From NCBI GenBank assembly GCA_052033955.1, contig JBPOJD010000023.1, positions 1,602-65,601 of the forward strand: a DNA stretch of 64,000 nt, in the 5' to 3' direction. Every line of letters begins with the position of its first letter. Position 1 is the first letter of the stretch. The notes under the pieces are model-generated. The model saw nothing but the letters and a program-made list of their open reading frames with translations. It was not told where the DNA came from and did no database searches. The stretch is from Candidatus Hydrogenedentota bacterium (GTDB lineage Bacteria; Hydrogenedentota; Hydrogenedentia; Hydrogenedentales; SLHB01). Positions 1 through 9,226 of this stretch are shown here, piece by piece. The position numbers and the translations under genes were made by a program.

Positions 1-1
1 A

Positions 2-388
2 ACGAAACCACCCGCCTACAACCGCCAGTATCTGATCCGCCGCTTGGCCTATCGCATCCAGGAAATGTACTACGGCGGCCTGAGCGAGAATGCGAAACAG
101 CAACTGGCCCAGGTCGCCGAGGCTGATCCCCTGGCCTGCGTCGGCAAGCCCAAAGCCCAGAAGAAGCCTGAGCCTGCCCGGCTGGTGCCGGGGACGCGCC
201 TCAAGCGTCGGTGGCGCGGGGTCGAGTATGAGGTGGTCGTCGTCGAGGGCGGCTTCAAGTATGACGGGCAGGTCTACCGCTCGCTGACCGCCGTGGCCAT
301 CGCCATTACCGGCACGAAGTGGAGCGGGCGCATCTTCTTCGGACTCCCGCCGGTCAGGAGCATCAAGAAGGGGAAGCGTCATGCCTGA
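2..388 (+). CDS. DUF2924-like protein, 5'-truncated by the window edge
   Basis: The frame is open from position 2 (TKPPAYNRQYLIRRLAYRIQE...). The C-terminal GTRLKRRWRGVEYEVVVVEGGFKYDGQVYRSLTAVAIAITGTKWSG looks like the DUF2924 family that habitually precedes large serine recombinases. The stop overlaps the next ATG by 8 nt. Confidence 0.6.
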   Translation, partial: TKPPAYNRQYLIRRLAYRIQEMYYGGLSENAKQQLAQVAEADPLACVGKPKAQKKPEPARLVPGTRLKRRWRGVEYEVVVVEGGFKYDGQVYRSLTAVAIAITGTKWSGRIFFGLPPVRSIKKGKRHA

Positions 389-1955
389 GACCTTGCTCCG
401 CCCACAAACCGAACGCGCCACCGTCCGCTGCGCCGTCTATACGCGCAAGAGTCATGAGGACGGTCTGGAGCAGGAATTCAACTCCCTCGACGCCCAGCGC
501 GAAGCCTGCGAGGCGTTCATCAGAAGCCAGGCCTCGCGCGGATGGGAACTGGCGCCCGGCCAATATGACGATGGCGGATTCTCTGGCGGGACGATGGAGC
601 GCCCGGCGCTCAAGATGCTGCTCAAGGACATCGCGGACGGTGAGGTCGATATCATTGTCGTCTACAAGATCGACCGGCTGTCGCGGTCGCTGCTCGATTT
701 CTTCCGCATGGTCGAGGTCTTCGAAGAGCAAAACGTGAGTTTCGTCTCGGTCACCGAGCAATTCAACACCACCGACTCGTCGGGTCGCCTGATGCTCGGC
801 ATCCTGATGTCCTTCGCTCAATACGAACGCGAGATCGCGGGGGAACGCATCCGAGACAAGGTCGCCGCCGCAAAGCGTCGCGGCAAGTGGTGCGGAGGGC
901 CGCCGCCGCTTGGTTACGATGTGGATTACGACAACAAGCGGCTGGTCGTCAACGAGAGTGAGGCGCAACTCGTCCGGCGTATCTTCCGACGCTTTGTCCA
1001 GACCGGTTCTTCGCTGCAAGTCGCACGGGAACTGAACGCCGATGGGCTGACCACCAAGTCCTGGACCACCAAGAAGGGCAATCATCGCGCCGGGCATCCG
1101 TGGTCCGTCGGCCATCTCTATCGCCACTATAAGAACCGTCTCTATCTCGGCGAAGTGCAACACAACGGCAACACTTACCCCGGCGAGCATGAGGCCATCC
1201 TTGACCGCGCGCTCTGGGATCGGACGCAGGAACTGCTGGCCGACAACAACCGGACGCGACGGTTTTCCGGTCGCCAAACCTCCAACTCCCCGCTGCGCCG
1301 ACTCATCCGCTGCGGGCATTGCGACAGCGCCATGAGTCCGACCTACGCGAAACGCCACGGACGCCAGTATCATTACTACGTCTGCCAGACCGCTGCCAAA
1401 CGCGGCGCGGGCGTGTGCCCGGTCAGCCGTGTCGCGGCGGGCGAAATCGAGAAGGTCGTCGTCGAGCAACTGGGCGCGGTCTTCCGCACACCCACGCTGG
1501 TCGCCAAAACGTTCATGTCCGCCCGGAATCAGGAAGACGAGGAGCGCCGCCGCCTGAACGATGAACAGACGCGGCTCAGGTCGGAATTGAAAGCGCTTCA
1601 GGACGAGGCGATCCAACTCGTGCGTGACGGCGGCGACGCCGACCGGATTATGGAACTGAACGCAAAGGCATCCTCGGTCGGCCACGACCTCGACCGGATC
1701 GAGCGCGATCTGGCGGGACTCGGCCAGAGCAACATCACCGAGCATGACGTCGCCGAGGCCTTCGGTTCGCTTGAGGAATTCTGGGAGGTGCTATTTCCAA
1801 CTGAGAAGCAACGCATCGTTCAGACGCTGGTCGAGCGGATCACGGTCTGGCCGGATGGACTCGATCTGAAACTGAAAGCCGTGGGTGTCGCGGGACTGGT
1901 CGCCGATCTGAATGCCTATGCCGACGAAGCGCGGCAACGGGGAGGCCAATCATGA
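381..1955 (+). CDS. Large serine recombinase (resolvase/invertase catalytic domain, recombinase domain, zinc ribbon and coiled coil)
   Basis: The 524-aa product has the N-terminal motif VYTRKSHEDGLEQEFNSLDAQREAC, typical of serine recombinases. It also has a central recombinase domain, a Cys-rich segment (CGHCDSAM...YYVCQ...CP) and a C-terminal coiled coil. Confidence 0.9.
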   Translation: MPETLLRPQTERATVRCAVYTRKSHEDGLEQEFNSLDAQREACEAFIRSQASRGWELAPGQYDDGGFSGGTMERPALKMLLKDIADGEVDIIVVYKIDRLSRSLLDFFRMVEVFEEQNVSFVSVTEQFNTTDSSGRLMLGILMSFAQYEREIAGERIRDKVAAAKRRGKWCGGPPPLGYDVDYDNKRLVVNESEAQLVRRIFRRFVQTGSSLQVARELNADGLTTKSWTTKKGNHRAGHPWSVGHLYRHYKNRLYLGEVQHNGNTYPGEHEAILDRALWDRTQELLADNNRTRRFSGRQTSNSPLRRLIRCGHCDSAMSPTYAKRHGRQYHYYVCQTAAKRGAGVCPVSRVAAGEIEKVVVEQLGAVFRTPTLVAKTFMSARNQEDEERRRLNDEQTRLRSELKALQDEAIQLVRDGGDADRIMELNAKASSVGHDLDRIERDLAGLGQSNITEHDVAEAFGSLEEFWEVLFPTEKQRIVQTLVERITVWPDGLDLKLKAVGVAGLVADLNAYADEARQRGGQS

Positions 1956-2371
1956 GCGACGGCAAAGTCACGATCCGCTCCACAGCCGACGGGGGCCTGC
2001 TGATTCACGTGCCGATGCTGATGCGCAAACGCTTCGGGCGAAAACTGATCATCGCTCCCGAAGGCCTCGACGGATCGAGCACCGGCGACCATTCTGCGAG
2101 CCAGGAACGTCTTGTCGCGATCCTGGCCCGCGCCCATGCCTGGACCCGGCTTCTCGACGAAGGCCGGTATGGCTCGACGAAGCAGCTCGCCGACGCGCTG
2201 GGCAAGGACCCCTCTTATGTTGCTCGAGTTCTGCGTCTCGCCACCATTGCGCCGGATATCACGCAGGCCATTCTCGATGGCCGCGAACCGGATGGGCTTT
2301 CCTACATGAAACTGATCAAGGTCCTCTCTTACGATTGGAACGAGCAGCGCAAGGCGCTCGGGTTCGCGTAG
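1952..2371 (+). CDS. Small HTH accessory protein of the recombinase module (ParB/KorB-like helix-turn-helix)
   Basis: ATGA overlap with the recombinase stop. The segment QLADALGKDPSYVARVLRLATIAPDITQAILDG reads as an HTH. No function is assignable. Confidence 0.55.
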   Translation: MSDGKVTIRSTADGGLLIHVPMLMRKRFGRKLIIAPEGLDGSSTGDHSASQERLVAILARAHAWTRLLDEGRYGSTKQLADALGKDPSYVARVLRLATIAPDITQAILDGREPDGLSYMKLIKVLSYDWNEQRKALGFA

Positions 2372-2880
2372 CCGTTTGACCCTCTGAAATCCCCCTCATC
2401 CCAGACGCCGGAAGCGCACGCCGCGCCTCCGGCGTTTTGCTGTCTTGCGGCCATTTCGTGATCGTAGAGCCGAGGGCTGGCCTGTCGTCATTGCGCCCGC
2501 AAAAGGAAATCCTCTCAAGAAACGCTTCCCGGCCCTGGAAGCGAAAGTCAGTAACGCTTCCAAGCTGATCGCGTCTTGGCCTTTGTTTATGCGGCTTTCA
2601 TGAAAAGGCTGTGGACTTCCGGTTCGAGAAACGCCGCCGGGTAAAGGTTTTTGGGCAGGCCGTTCGATGGTCGCTCGCAAAACGCGAAAACCGATGAGCG
2701 CCATAAGGCACTGAAATGGCTTGTCTTATGCGAAATCGTCTCCTCGGACTCAGTCCACAGGTATTGGAGAGAACAGAGAGATTCGGGGAGAAATGTGGCC
2801 AGATTGGGGGGAAATGCCGGACGGCAAGTCCACAGGCCGGGGTGGCGGGAAACCGCGCAAAGCCCCGCCAATAAAGGGCC

Positions 2881-2916
2881 AAAACGCAAAACGCCCCCTC
2901 GGGCCGGTTGCCCGAG
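2881..2916 (-). terminator. Intrinsic terminator of ssrA
   Basis: On the minus strand, directly after the tmRNA CCA end, there is a hairpin CTCGGGC-aaccg-GCCCGAG (2898-2916). It is followed by GGGGCGTTTTGCGTTTT. Confidence 0.6.
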
Positions 2917-2940
2917 AGAGCGTGGTTGCATTCTAAATAA

Positions 2941-3300
2941 TGGTGGAGGCGGCGGGAATCGAACCCGCGTCCGGAAGCGCGTCGGCATGTGTGACTACGT
3001 GCGTAGCCTGAGATTAGGATTCGCCCGGCCGGGCTGCCTCAGGCGGGGCGTCCCGACGTCGCTAGGTGGAGTCGTTACTCTCCGCCGGAGTCTCCATCGT
3101 GCTCCGGCCTCGAGGCCCGCTGTTTGACGCCTTAGCCCCCTAGCAGGCGGTCAGGGGTAAGACGCGCTACGACAAATTACGCAGCGAGTGCCATTTCGTT
3201 GTTGGCAACTGAATTGTGATCGGCTTTTTACGAGGCCAACCGATCAACCTCGGCACGCCACCCATGCGTCTTTCACCCCCGTCGAAACCAGGTCGCCCCC
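2941..3300 (-). ncRNA. ssrA: tmRNA (one-piece SsrA)
   Basis: The minus-strand 5' end reads GGGGGCGACCTGGTTTCGACGGGGG (3300 downward). The 3' end reads GCGGGTTCGATTCCCGCCGCCTCCACCA (ending at 2941). The acceptor stem pairs with a G3-U70 wobble, the alanine identity element. An internal tag reading frame ends ...ANNEMALAA-TAA, with the stop at 3177-3179. Confidence 0.93.
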
Positions 3301-3440
3301 ATTGGCGACGTGTCTCGCGGCGCAAAGCGCACTGGAGAGCGCCTCCATTGTGCCACAGGGGCGCCCCCCACGGCAATGTCGCGCCTCCGGCCACCCGCGC
3401 AGCACCCGGCCGGAGGCGTCTTGACGCCACGGAGGTCGCG

Positions 3441-3470
3441 TTGACAAGCCGTTCCGGCGTCTGGTAGGAT
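3441..3470 (+). promoter_or_regulatory. Candidate sigma70 promoter (TTGACA-N18-TAGGAT)
   Basis: TTGACA lies at 3441-3446 and TAGGAT at 3465-3470. A second TTGACG lies at 3421-3426. Confidence 0.45.
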
Positions 3471-3476
3471 TGCGTT

Positions 3477-3629
3477 TCCCTGATATCAGGGTAAGCAGAA
3501 GCACCAGCTTCTCACCACGCGGCGGCTTCGCGCCTGCCAGCCTGGTTACATGGATTCGGGCGTGTTGTTCATCCGACAGGTATGAATCCAGACGGCGGAG
3601 GACTGGTGTCTTCCGCCGTTTTTTGTTTG
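3477..3629 (+). promoter_or_regulatory. Structured ~150-nt leader or small RNA upstream of infC, ending in an intrinsic terminator. Candidate ribosomal-protein (L20-type) attenuator.
   Basis: Hairpins seen: CCCTGATATCAGGG (3476-3489), GAAGC-acca-GCTTC, and TGGATTC...GAATCCA (3551-3590). These are followed by the terminator described in the next entry. Confidence 0.45.
3594..3629 (+). terminator. Intrinsic terminator/attenuator upstream of infC
   Basis: GGCGGAGGA-ctggtg-TCTTCCGCC forms a 9-bp stem with one G-U pair. It is followed by GTTTTTTGTTTG. Confidence 0.65.
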
Positions 3630-3722
3630 TCTCCGTGGTGCATGCGGCCTTCGGGCCGGCATCGCCGGGGACACAGCGCGGAAAGAGTGCATCGCCGATG
3701 CACGACAGGAAAGGGGTTCTTG

Positions 3723-4301
3723 TTGGCACTTCGCCCAAAAGGAACAGGACGCGACATCGCGCCGACGGAGGACAAGGTCCGCGTCAATGAGATGATTCGC
3801 GCGCGTCAGGTGCGGGTAATCGACGAGGAGGGCGAGCAATTGGGGATTATGAGCCCCTATGACGCCCGGCGCGAAGCGGAGGAGCGGGGTCTGGACCTGG
3901 TGGAAGTGGCGCCCAAGGCGGTGCCGCCCGTCTGCCGGATCATGGACTACGGGAAGTACCGCTACCAGCAGAGCAAACGCGCCAAGGAATCGAAGAAGCA
4001 TCAACACACGGTCACGGTCAAGGAGATCAAGTATCGCCCGAAGATCTCGGAGCACGATTTCGATTTCAAGACCAACCACGTGCGCGAATTCCTGGAGGCA
4101 GGCAACAAGGTCAAGGTAACGATCATGTTCCGGGGGCGCGAGATGGCGCACCCGGAATTTGGCCGGGAAATACTCGGCCGCGTGGTGCAGGGAACGAAGG
4201 ATTTGTTGCAGGACGAGCCCAATACGACCAACGCCCGGCTCGAAGGCCGCAACATGAGCATCGTCCTCTCGCCGGGAAAACAGGCGGCGCCGAGCCAATA
4301 A
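3723..4301 (+). CDS. infC: Translation initiation factor IF-3
   Basis: The translation reads ...RVNEMIRARQVRVIDEEGEQLGIMSPYDARREAEERGLDLVEVAP...IKYRPKISEHDFDFK...MFRGREMAHPE. The start is uncertain. IF-3 genes commonly use non-ATG starts. TTG at 3720/3723 follows an AGGAAAGGGG Shine-Dalgarno, and ATC at 3759 is an alternative. The N-terminal part of the 239-aa track ORF is not credible. Confidence 0.88.
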   Translation: MALRPKGTGRDIAPTEDKVRVNEMIRARQVRVIDEEGEQLGIMSPYDARREAEERGLDLVEVAPKAVPPVCRIMDYGKYRYQQSKRAKESKKHQHTVTVKEIKYRPKISEHDFDFKTNHVREFLEAGNKVKVTIMFRGREMAHPEFGREILGRVVQGTKDLLQDEPNTTNARLEGRNMSIVLSPGKQAAPSQ

Positions 4302-4347
4302 CGTCAGTGTCCCAGGCAGGTCTGGTGCACTCACAGGAGGACTTTTC

Positions 4348-4545
4348 ATGCCGAAAGTGAAGACCCATCGCGGTGCGTCCAAGCGGTTCACGCGCACCAA
4401 AAACGGAAAATTCAAACGCCACAAGGCGTTTGCGCGGCACCTGCTGGGCCCCAAGTCCGCCAAGCGCCGCCGCAACCTGCGCCAGAGCGCCATTGCGGGT
4501 CCCGAGGACGCCAAGCGCCTGAAGCTCCTGTTGCCGTACCTCTGA
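4348..4545 (+). CDS. rpmI: 50S ribosomal protein L35
   Basis: MPKVKTHRGASKRFTRTKNGKFKRHKAF... is a canonical L35 sequence, in the infC-rpmI-rplT gene order. Confidence 0.95.
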   Translation: MPKVKTHRGASKRFTRTKNGKFKRHKAFARHLLGPKSAKRRRNLRQSAIAGPEDAKRLKLLLPYL

Positions 4546-4609
4546 CGCAACCGCTGACCGACCTGCCGCCTCGAGCGGCCAACACTGAACTAGCTAAAGG
4601 GTTAATGCC

Positions 4610-4975
4610 ATGCCACGCGCTACAAACAATCCGGCTTCGCGCCGTCGTCGCAAAAAGATACTCAAGCTCGCCTCGGGGTACAAGGGCAGCCGCCATCGCC
4701 TGATCAAGACCGCCAAGCAGGCGATCGATCACGCGGGCGTCTATGCCTATCGTGACCGCAAGGTTCGCAAGCGCGATTTCCGCAAGCTGTGGATCGCCCG
4801 CATCAACGCCGCCACGCGCGCCGAAGGCTTGTCCTACAGCGCGTTCATGCACGGCCTGAAGAACGCGAACGTCGACGTCAACCGCAAGCTGCTTGCCGAT
4901 ATGGCCGTTCACGATGCCCAGGGCTTCACACAGCTCGTCGAGCTGGCCAAATCGAATCTGGAAGCCGCTTCGTGA
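4610..4975 (+). CDS. rplT: 50S ribosomal protein L20
   Basis: [31 protein letters not shown]...[22 protein letters not shown] is a canonical L20 sequence. Confidence 0.95.
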   Translation: MPRATNNPASRRRRKKILKLASGYKGSRHRLIKTAKQAIDHAGVYAYRDRKVRKRDFRKLWIARINAATRAEGLSYSAFMHGLKNANVDVNRKLLADMAVHDAQGFTQLVELAKSNLEAAS

Positions 4976-5706
4976 CCTTGCGCGTCGTACCCGCTGTGGA
5001 CATTCGCGGCGGACGTTGCGTCCGGCTGCATCAGGGTGACTATGAGCGGGAGACGGTGTACGGCGAGGACCCCGTGGCCCAGGCCCAGGCCTGGCGCGAC
5101 CAGGGGGCCTCGCTGATTCACATCGTCGATCTGGACGGCGCCAAGGCGGGGCAGGTGTGCATCGAAAACGAGCTGCGCGCGCTCGCCGCGGCGGGCATCC
5201 CCTTCGAGGTGGGCGGCGGCATCCGCACGATGGACGCCATCGAGCGCATTCTGGCCGCCGGGGCGTGCCGCGCCATCCTGGGCACGGCCGCCCATCGCGA
5301 TCCGGCGCTGCTCGAACAGGCCTGCGCCGCGTTTCCCGGCCAGATCGTCGTGGGCATTGACGCGCGCGACGGCAAGGTCGCATTGCAGGGGTGGATCGAG
5401 GAGACCGCCACGGACGCGGTCGCATTTGCGCAGACCGTCGAGGCCAAGGGCGCCGCGCGCATCATCTACACGGATATTCACCGCGACGGCACGCTGACCG
5501 GTCCCAACATCGAGGCCACGTGCGCCGTCGCGCGCGCCGTCGGAATTCCCGTCACGGTCTCGGGCGGAATCGCGTCGCTTCGCGACATTCAGGCCGTCGC
5601 CGCCGCCCAAGCGGACGGCATCGACGAAGTGATTGTCGGGCGCGCGCTGTACGCAGGCGCCTTCACCCTTCCCGAGGCCCTGAATGCGGCGGGTGCGGCG
5701 GCATGA
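4972..5706 (+). CDS. hisA: HisA-type ProFAR isomerase
   Basis: GTG at 4972 overlaps the rplT stop (GTGA). The translation reads [24 protein letters not shown]...[10 protein letters not shown]...GGGIR...[13 protein letters not shown]. The track ORF from 4789 is an artefactual N-terminal extension. Confidence 0.85.
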   Translation: MTLRVVPAVDIRGGRCVRLHQGDYERETVYGEDPVAQAQAWRDQGASLIHIVDLDGAKAGQVCIENELRALAAAGIPFEVGGGIRTMDAIERILAAGACRAILGTAAHRDPALLEQACAAFPGQIVVGIDARDGKVALQGWIEETATDAVAFAQTVEAKGAARIIYTDIHRDGTLTGPNIEATCAVARAVGIPVTVSGGIASLRDIQAVAAAQADGIDEVIVGRALYAGAFTLPEALNAAGAAA

Positions 5707-6559
5707 TGGACCAGGTCCGCATCCTGACCGTGGTCGGCGTCGGCCTGTTGGGCGGATCGATCGGGTTGGGACTCAAGAAGCGAGGCTTCCGCGGCCAGGT
5801 GCGCGGCGTCGGCCGCCGCACCACCTCGCTGGACACGGCCCTCGACATGAAGGCCATCGACAGCGCCTACACGGACGCGTCCGCAGCGGTTTCCGGAGCT
5901 GATCTGGTCGTAATCTGCACACCCGCGGCCTTGGTTATCCCGAAACTTGACGAGATCCGGGCAGCCTGTGAGCCCCATGCCGTCATCACCGATGTCGCCA
6001 GCACCAAGGGCGACATCTGTGCGCACGCCGCCGCCACGTGGCCGCATCCACGCCGCTTCGTCGGCAGCCACCCGATGGCCGGATCGGAGAAATTCGGTCC
6101 GGAACACGCGGTTCCGGACCTGTACGAGGGCTCGTTCACGATCATCGAGCACTGCGCCAGACTGGCCCCCGAGGCACGTCAGATGGTTACCGAACTCTGG
6201 CAGACCCTCGGGTCGACCGTGGTCGAGCACGAGCCCTTGCGCCATGACGAGTGCGTGGCCCGCACAAGCCACCTCCCGCACGTCGCCGCCTCCGCCTTGG
6301 CCCAGCTCCTGGCCGGATACGGCCACGACATCCGCCCCTTCATCGGCAAGGGCTTCCGAGACACGACCCGCGTGGCGGGCGGACGCCCGGAGATCTGGCG
6401 GGACATCTGCGCGACGAACCGCGACGCGATTGTCGCCGCCACGGACGACCTGCTCCGCCGTCTCGAAACCTTTCGCGACCACCTCAGCGACGGCGAGTGG
6501 GAGGCGGTCGAGTCCTTTTTTGACGCGGGCCATGCGGCCCGGCACAAGGCACTCGAGTC

Positions 6560-6563
<4 letters not shown>
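5703..6563 (+). CDS. tyrA: Prephenate/arogenate dehydrogenase
   Basis: ATG at 5703 overlaps the hisA stop (ATGA). There is a Rossmann motif (VVGVGLLGGSIG) and the segment ...DVASTKGDI...FVGSHPMAGSEKFGPE. Confidence 0.8.
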
Positions 6564-7167
<604 letters not shown>

Positions 7168-7186
<19 letters not shown>

Positions 7187-8268
7187 GTTTTCTGATTATC
7201 CGAGACCAGAAGGTGCCCGTGCGGTTGATGCGCAACCTGTTGGGGCGCGGCCGCATTCCGAACGGCATGCTGCTGTGGGGGCCGGAGGGCGTCGGCAAGG
7301 GACTTGCCGCGCGCGAGATGGCCAAGGCCGTCAACTGTCACGCGGCAGGCGATGACCCCTGCGACGTCTGCCTGTCCTGCCGCAAGGTCCTCAGCGGCAA
7401 CCATCCGGACGTCGCCGTCATCGCGCCCACCAAGAAATCGCGTATTATCGACGTGGAGGCGATTGATTACGTCAACGAGATGGCGTCCCTGCATCCGATG
7501 GAGGGCCGGTGGCGGGTCTTTCTGCTGCTCGATGCCGACCGCATGGGGCAGGTGGCCCAGAATCACTTCCTGAAGACGCTCGAGGAACCGCCCGGCAACT
7601 CGCTGTTCCTGCTGGTGACTGAGCACCCGGGCCTCCTGCTGCCCACCATCCGGTCGCGCTGCCAGCGCCTGCGTTTTGGCGCGCTGAACCCGGCAACCAT
7701 CAAGGAACTGCTGCTGGCACGGCGGGATCTGCCCGACGCGCTCGCCGAGTCCTACGCCGCGCTGGCGCAGGGCCAGATGACCCGCGCGCTGGGGCTTGTC
7801 GACTCCGACCGCCGCGAGGTGGTGCTGGACGCGGCCATGCGGCTGGCGGCGGGCGAGGATCCGCTCGCGGTTGCCGAGGGCTTCGCCGGTTACCTGGCCG
7901 CCCGCAAGGAAGCCGTCGCCGCGGAGATCAAGGCCGAGTTTGACGTCCTCCAGACGGGCGAGGCATCGCGCGAGGACCGCGAGGCCCTCAAGAAGGACCG
8001 GCTTGCCGCCGCCGATGCGCGGTTCCGTCGTGATATACTGGATTGTCTGTATTTGTTTGAGACATGGTACCGGGACGTGCTGGTCTATGCCGCCACGGGC
8101 GACAGCGCCCACGTGTTGAACAAGGACCACGTGGACCGCCTGCCCAGAACCGCCGGGGCCGACCCCGGCGCCAAGCTGGCGGCCATCGACAAGGCGCGCC
8201 TGTATCTGGAACGTTTCCTCAACGAAGAACGCGTGTTTCGCGATCTCTTCTTCGCTTTGGCCGCCTGA
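7168..8268 (+). CDS. holB: DNA polymerase III delta-prime subunit
   Basis: Motifs seen: LLWGPEGVGKG, a zinc module (CDVCLSCRKV), TLEEPP and PTIRSRCQ. An alternative in-frame ATG at 7183 would give an ATGA overlap with the tmk stop. Confidence 0.85.
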
Positions 8269-8290
8269 GCCGAAGCCAGGAGTTAAGTGT

Positions 8291-9226
8291 ATGCAAGTTG
8301 TATGGATACGATTGCGCAAACCCAGCCGCGTGCTGGATTTCGCTGCTGACGACAGCTTCACGCTCGGGCGTGGCGAGCCGTGCGTGGTCGAGAGTGACCG
8401 CGGCCTCGAGTACGGCACCTGCGTCATCCCGCCGGTACCGCTCACGGACGAGAACGGCAAGGCGCCTTCCATGAAGGTGCTGCGCAAGGCCGGTCTCAAC
8501 GACGAGAGCACCTATCACCAGTTGCTCGTCGAAGAACAACGGGCCAAAGGCGTCTGCGCGAAGAAGATCGACGCGCACCGGCTGGCGATGAAGCTTGTCG
8601 ACGCCGAATACACCTTTGACCGCAAGAAGGTCATTTTCTACTTCACCGCCGAGGAGCGGGTCGATTTCCGTGAACTGGTGCGCGATCTGGCGCACGACCT
8701 GAAGGCCCGCATCGAACTGCGGCATATCCAGGTGCGCGACCAGGCCAAGATGGTTGGCGGGCTCGGGGCCTGCGGCCGTGAACTGTGCTGCACAAGCTGG
8801 CTGCGCGACTTCATGCCCATCTCGATGCGCATGGCCAAACGGCAGAACCTCTCGCTCAACCCGTCCAAGATCAGCGGCCAGTGCGGTCGGCTCATGTGCT
8901 GCCTCAGCTACGAGAATGATCTCTACGAGCGCAAGACCAGGCGGATCGCCTTCGAGCCCGAAGCGCAGCCGGAAGCGGACGGCGTCGAGCCGGACTTCTT
9001 TGATGAAGCCGCACCGGAGCACGAGGACGTGCCCGTGTTCACCGAAGCGCCCGCTGCCGAAGCCATGACCGGGGAAAAACCTCCGGTGTCGGAGGCGAGC
9101 GGCGACCAGCAGCCCGGACAGACCGGACAATCGGCTGACCAGGGCGACCGGCCACGCCGACGCCGCAAACGGCGCCGCAGCAAGCGCCCCGCCGCCTCGG
9201 ACGCCCCCAGCAACGGCAGTGAGTAA
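8291..9226 (+). CDS. PSP1 domain protein (YaaT/RicT-like) with an acidic/basic low-complexity C-terminal tail
   Basis: Motifs seen: GRGEPCVVESDRGLEYG..., KKVIFYFTAEERVDFRELVRDLA and CCTSWL...GQCGRLMCCLSYE. The tmk-holB-yaaT order is as in Bacillus. Confidence 0.8.
   Translation: MQVVWIRLRKPSRVLDFAADDSFTLGRGEPCVVESDRGLEYGTCVIPPVPLTDENGKAPSMKVLRKAGLNDESTYHQLLVEEQRAKGVCAKKIDAHRLAMKLVDAEYTFDRKKVIFYFTAEERVDFRELVRDLAHDLKARIELRHIQVRDQAKMVGGLGACGRELCCTSWLRDFMPISMRMAKRQNLSLNPSKISGQCGRLMCCLSYENDLYERKTRRIAFEPEAQPEADGVEPDFFDEAAPEHEDVPVFTEAPAAEAMTGEKPPVSEASGDQQPGQTGQSADQGDRPRRRRKRRRSKRPAASDAPSNGSE

Larger units (their letters stand above)
1..2371 (+). mobile_element. Right-hand end of a putative integrated element (serine-recombinase module). 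The left end and any cargo lie outside the window.
   Basis: Three co-directional genes have overlapping stop/start codons: DUF2924-like, large serine recombinase and a small HTH protein. They are followed by ~570 bp of visibly less GC-rich non-coding DNA and then the 3' CCA end of ssrA. Boundaries are not determinable from this window. Confidence 0.45.

Noticed and set aside
2843-2857. GGCGGGAAACCGCG, which resembles the tmRNA T-arm reverse complement (GGCGGGAATCGAACCCGCG). It could be a remnant att duplication.
   Set aside because: The match needs two deletions over only ~14 nt. That is too weak to call a duplicated ssrA 3' end.
2396-2988. The 70-133-aa track ORFs in the spacer between the recombinase module and ssrA
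   Set aside because: There is no Shine-Dalgarno and the composition is odd. They overlap the ssrA terminator and 3' end. The region is better explained as non-coding element-end or att DNA.
3341-3355. A GG-N10-GC sigma54-like element (minus strand TGGCAC-aatgg-AGGC) upstream of ssrA
   Set aside because: The -12 element is poor (AGGC instead of TTGC). A sigma54-dependent tmRNA promoter is biologically unlikely, so this is probably chance in GC-rich DNA.
4789-4971. N-terminal extensions offered by the ORF track. Examples: hisA from 4789, tyrA from 5391, the oxidoreductase to 12556, GH3 to 43652, holA to 47600, vapC to 49622, xylB to 54454 and the PHP gene to 57715.
   Set aside because: The extensions overlap the upstream gene or are Arg/Pro-rich. 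In each case an internal start with a Shine-Dalgarno or a stop/start overlap gives a canonical family N-terminus.
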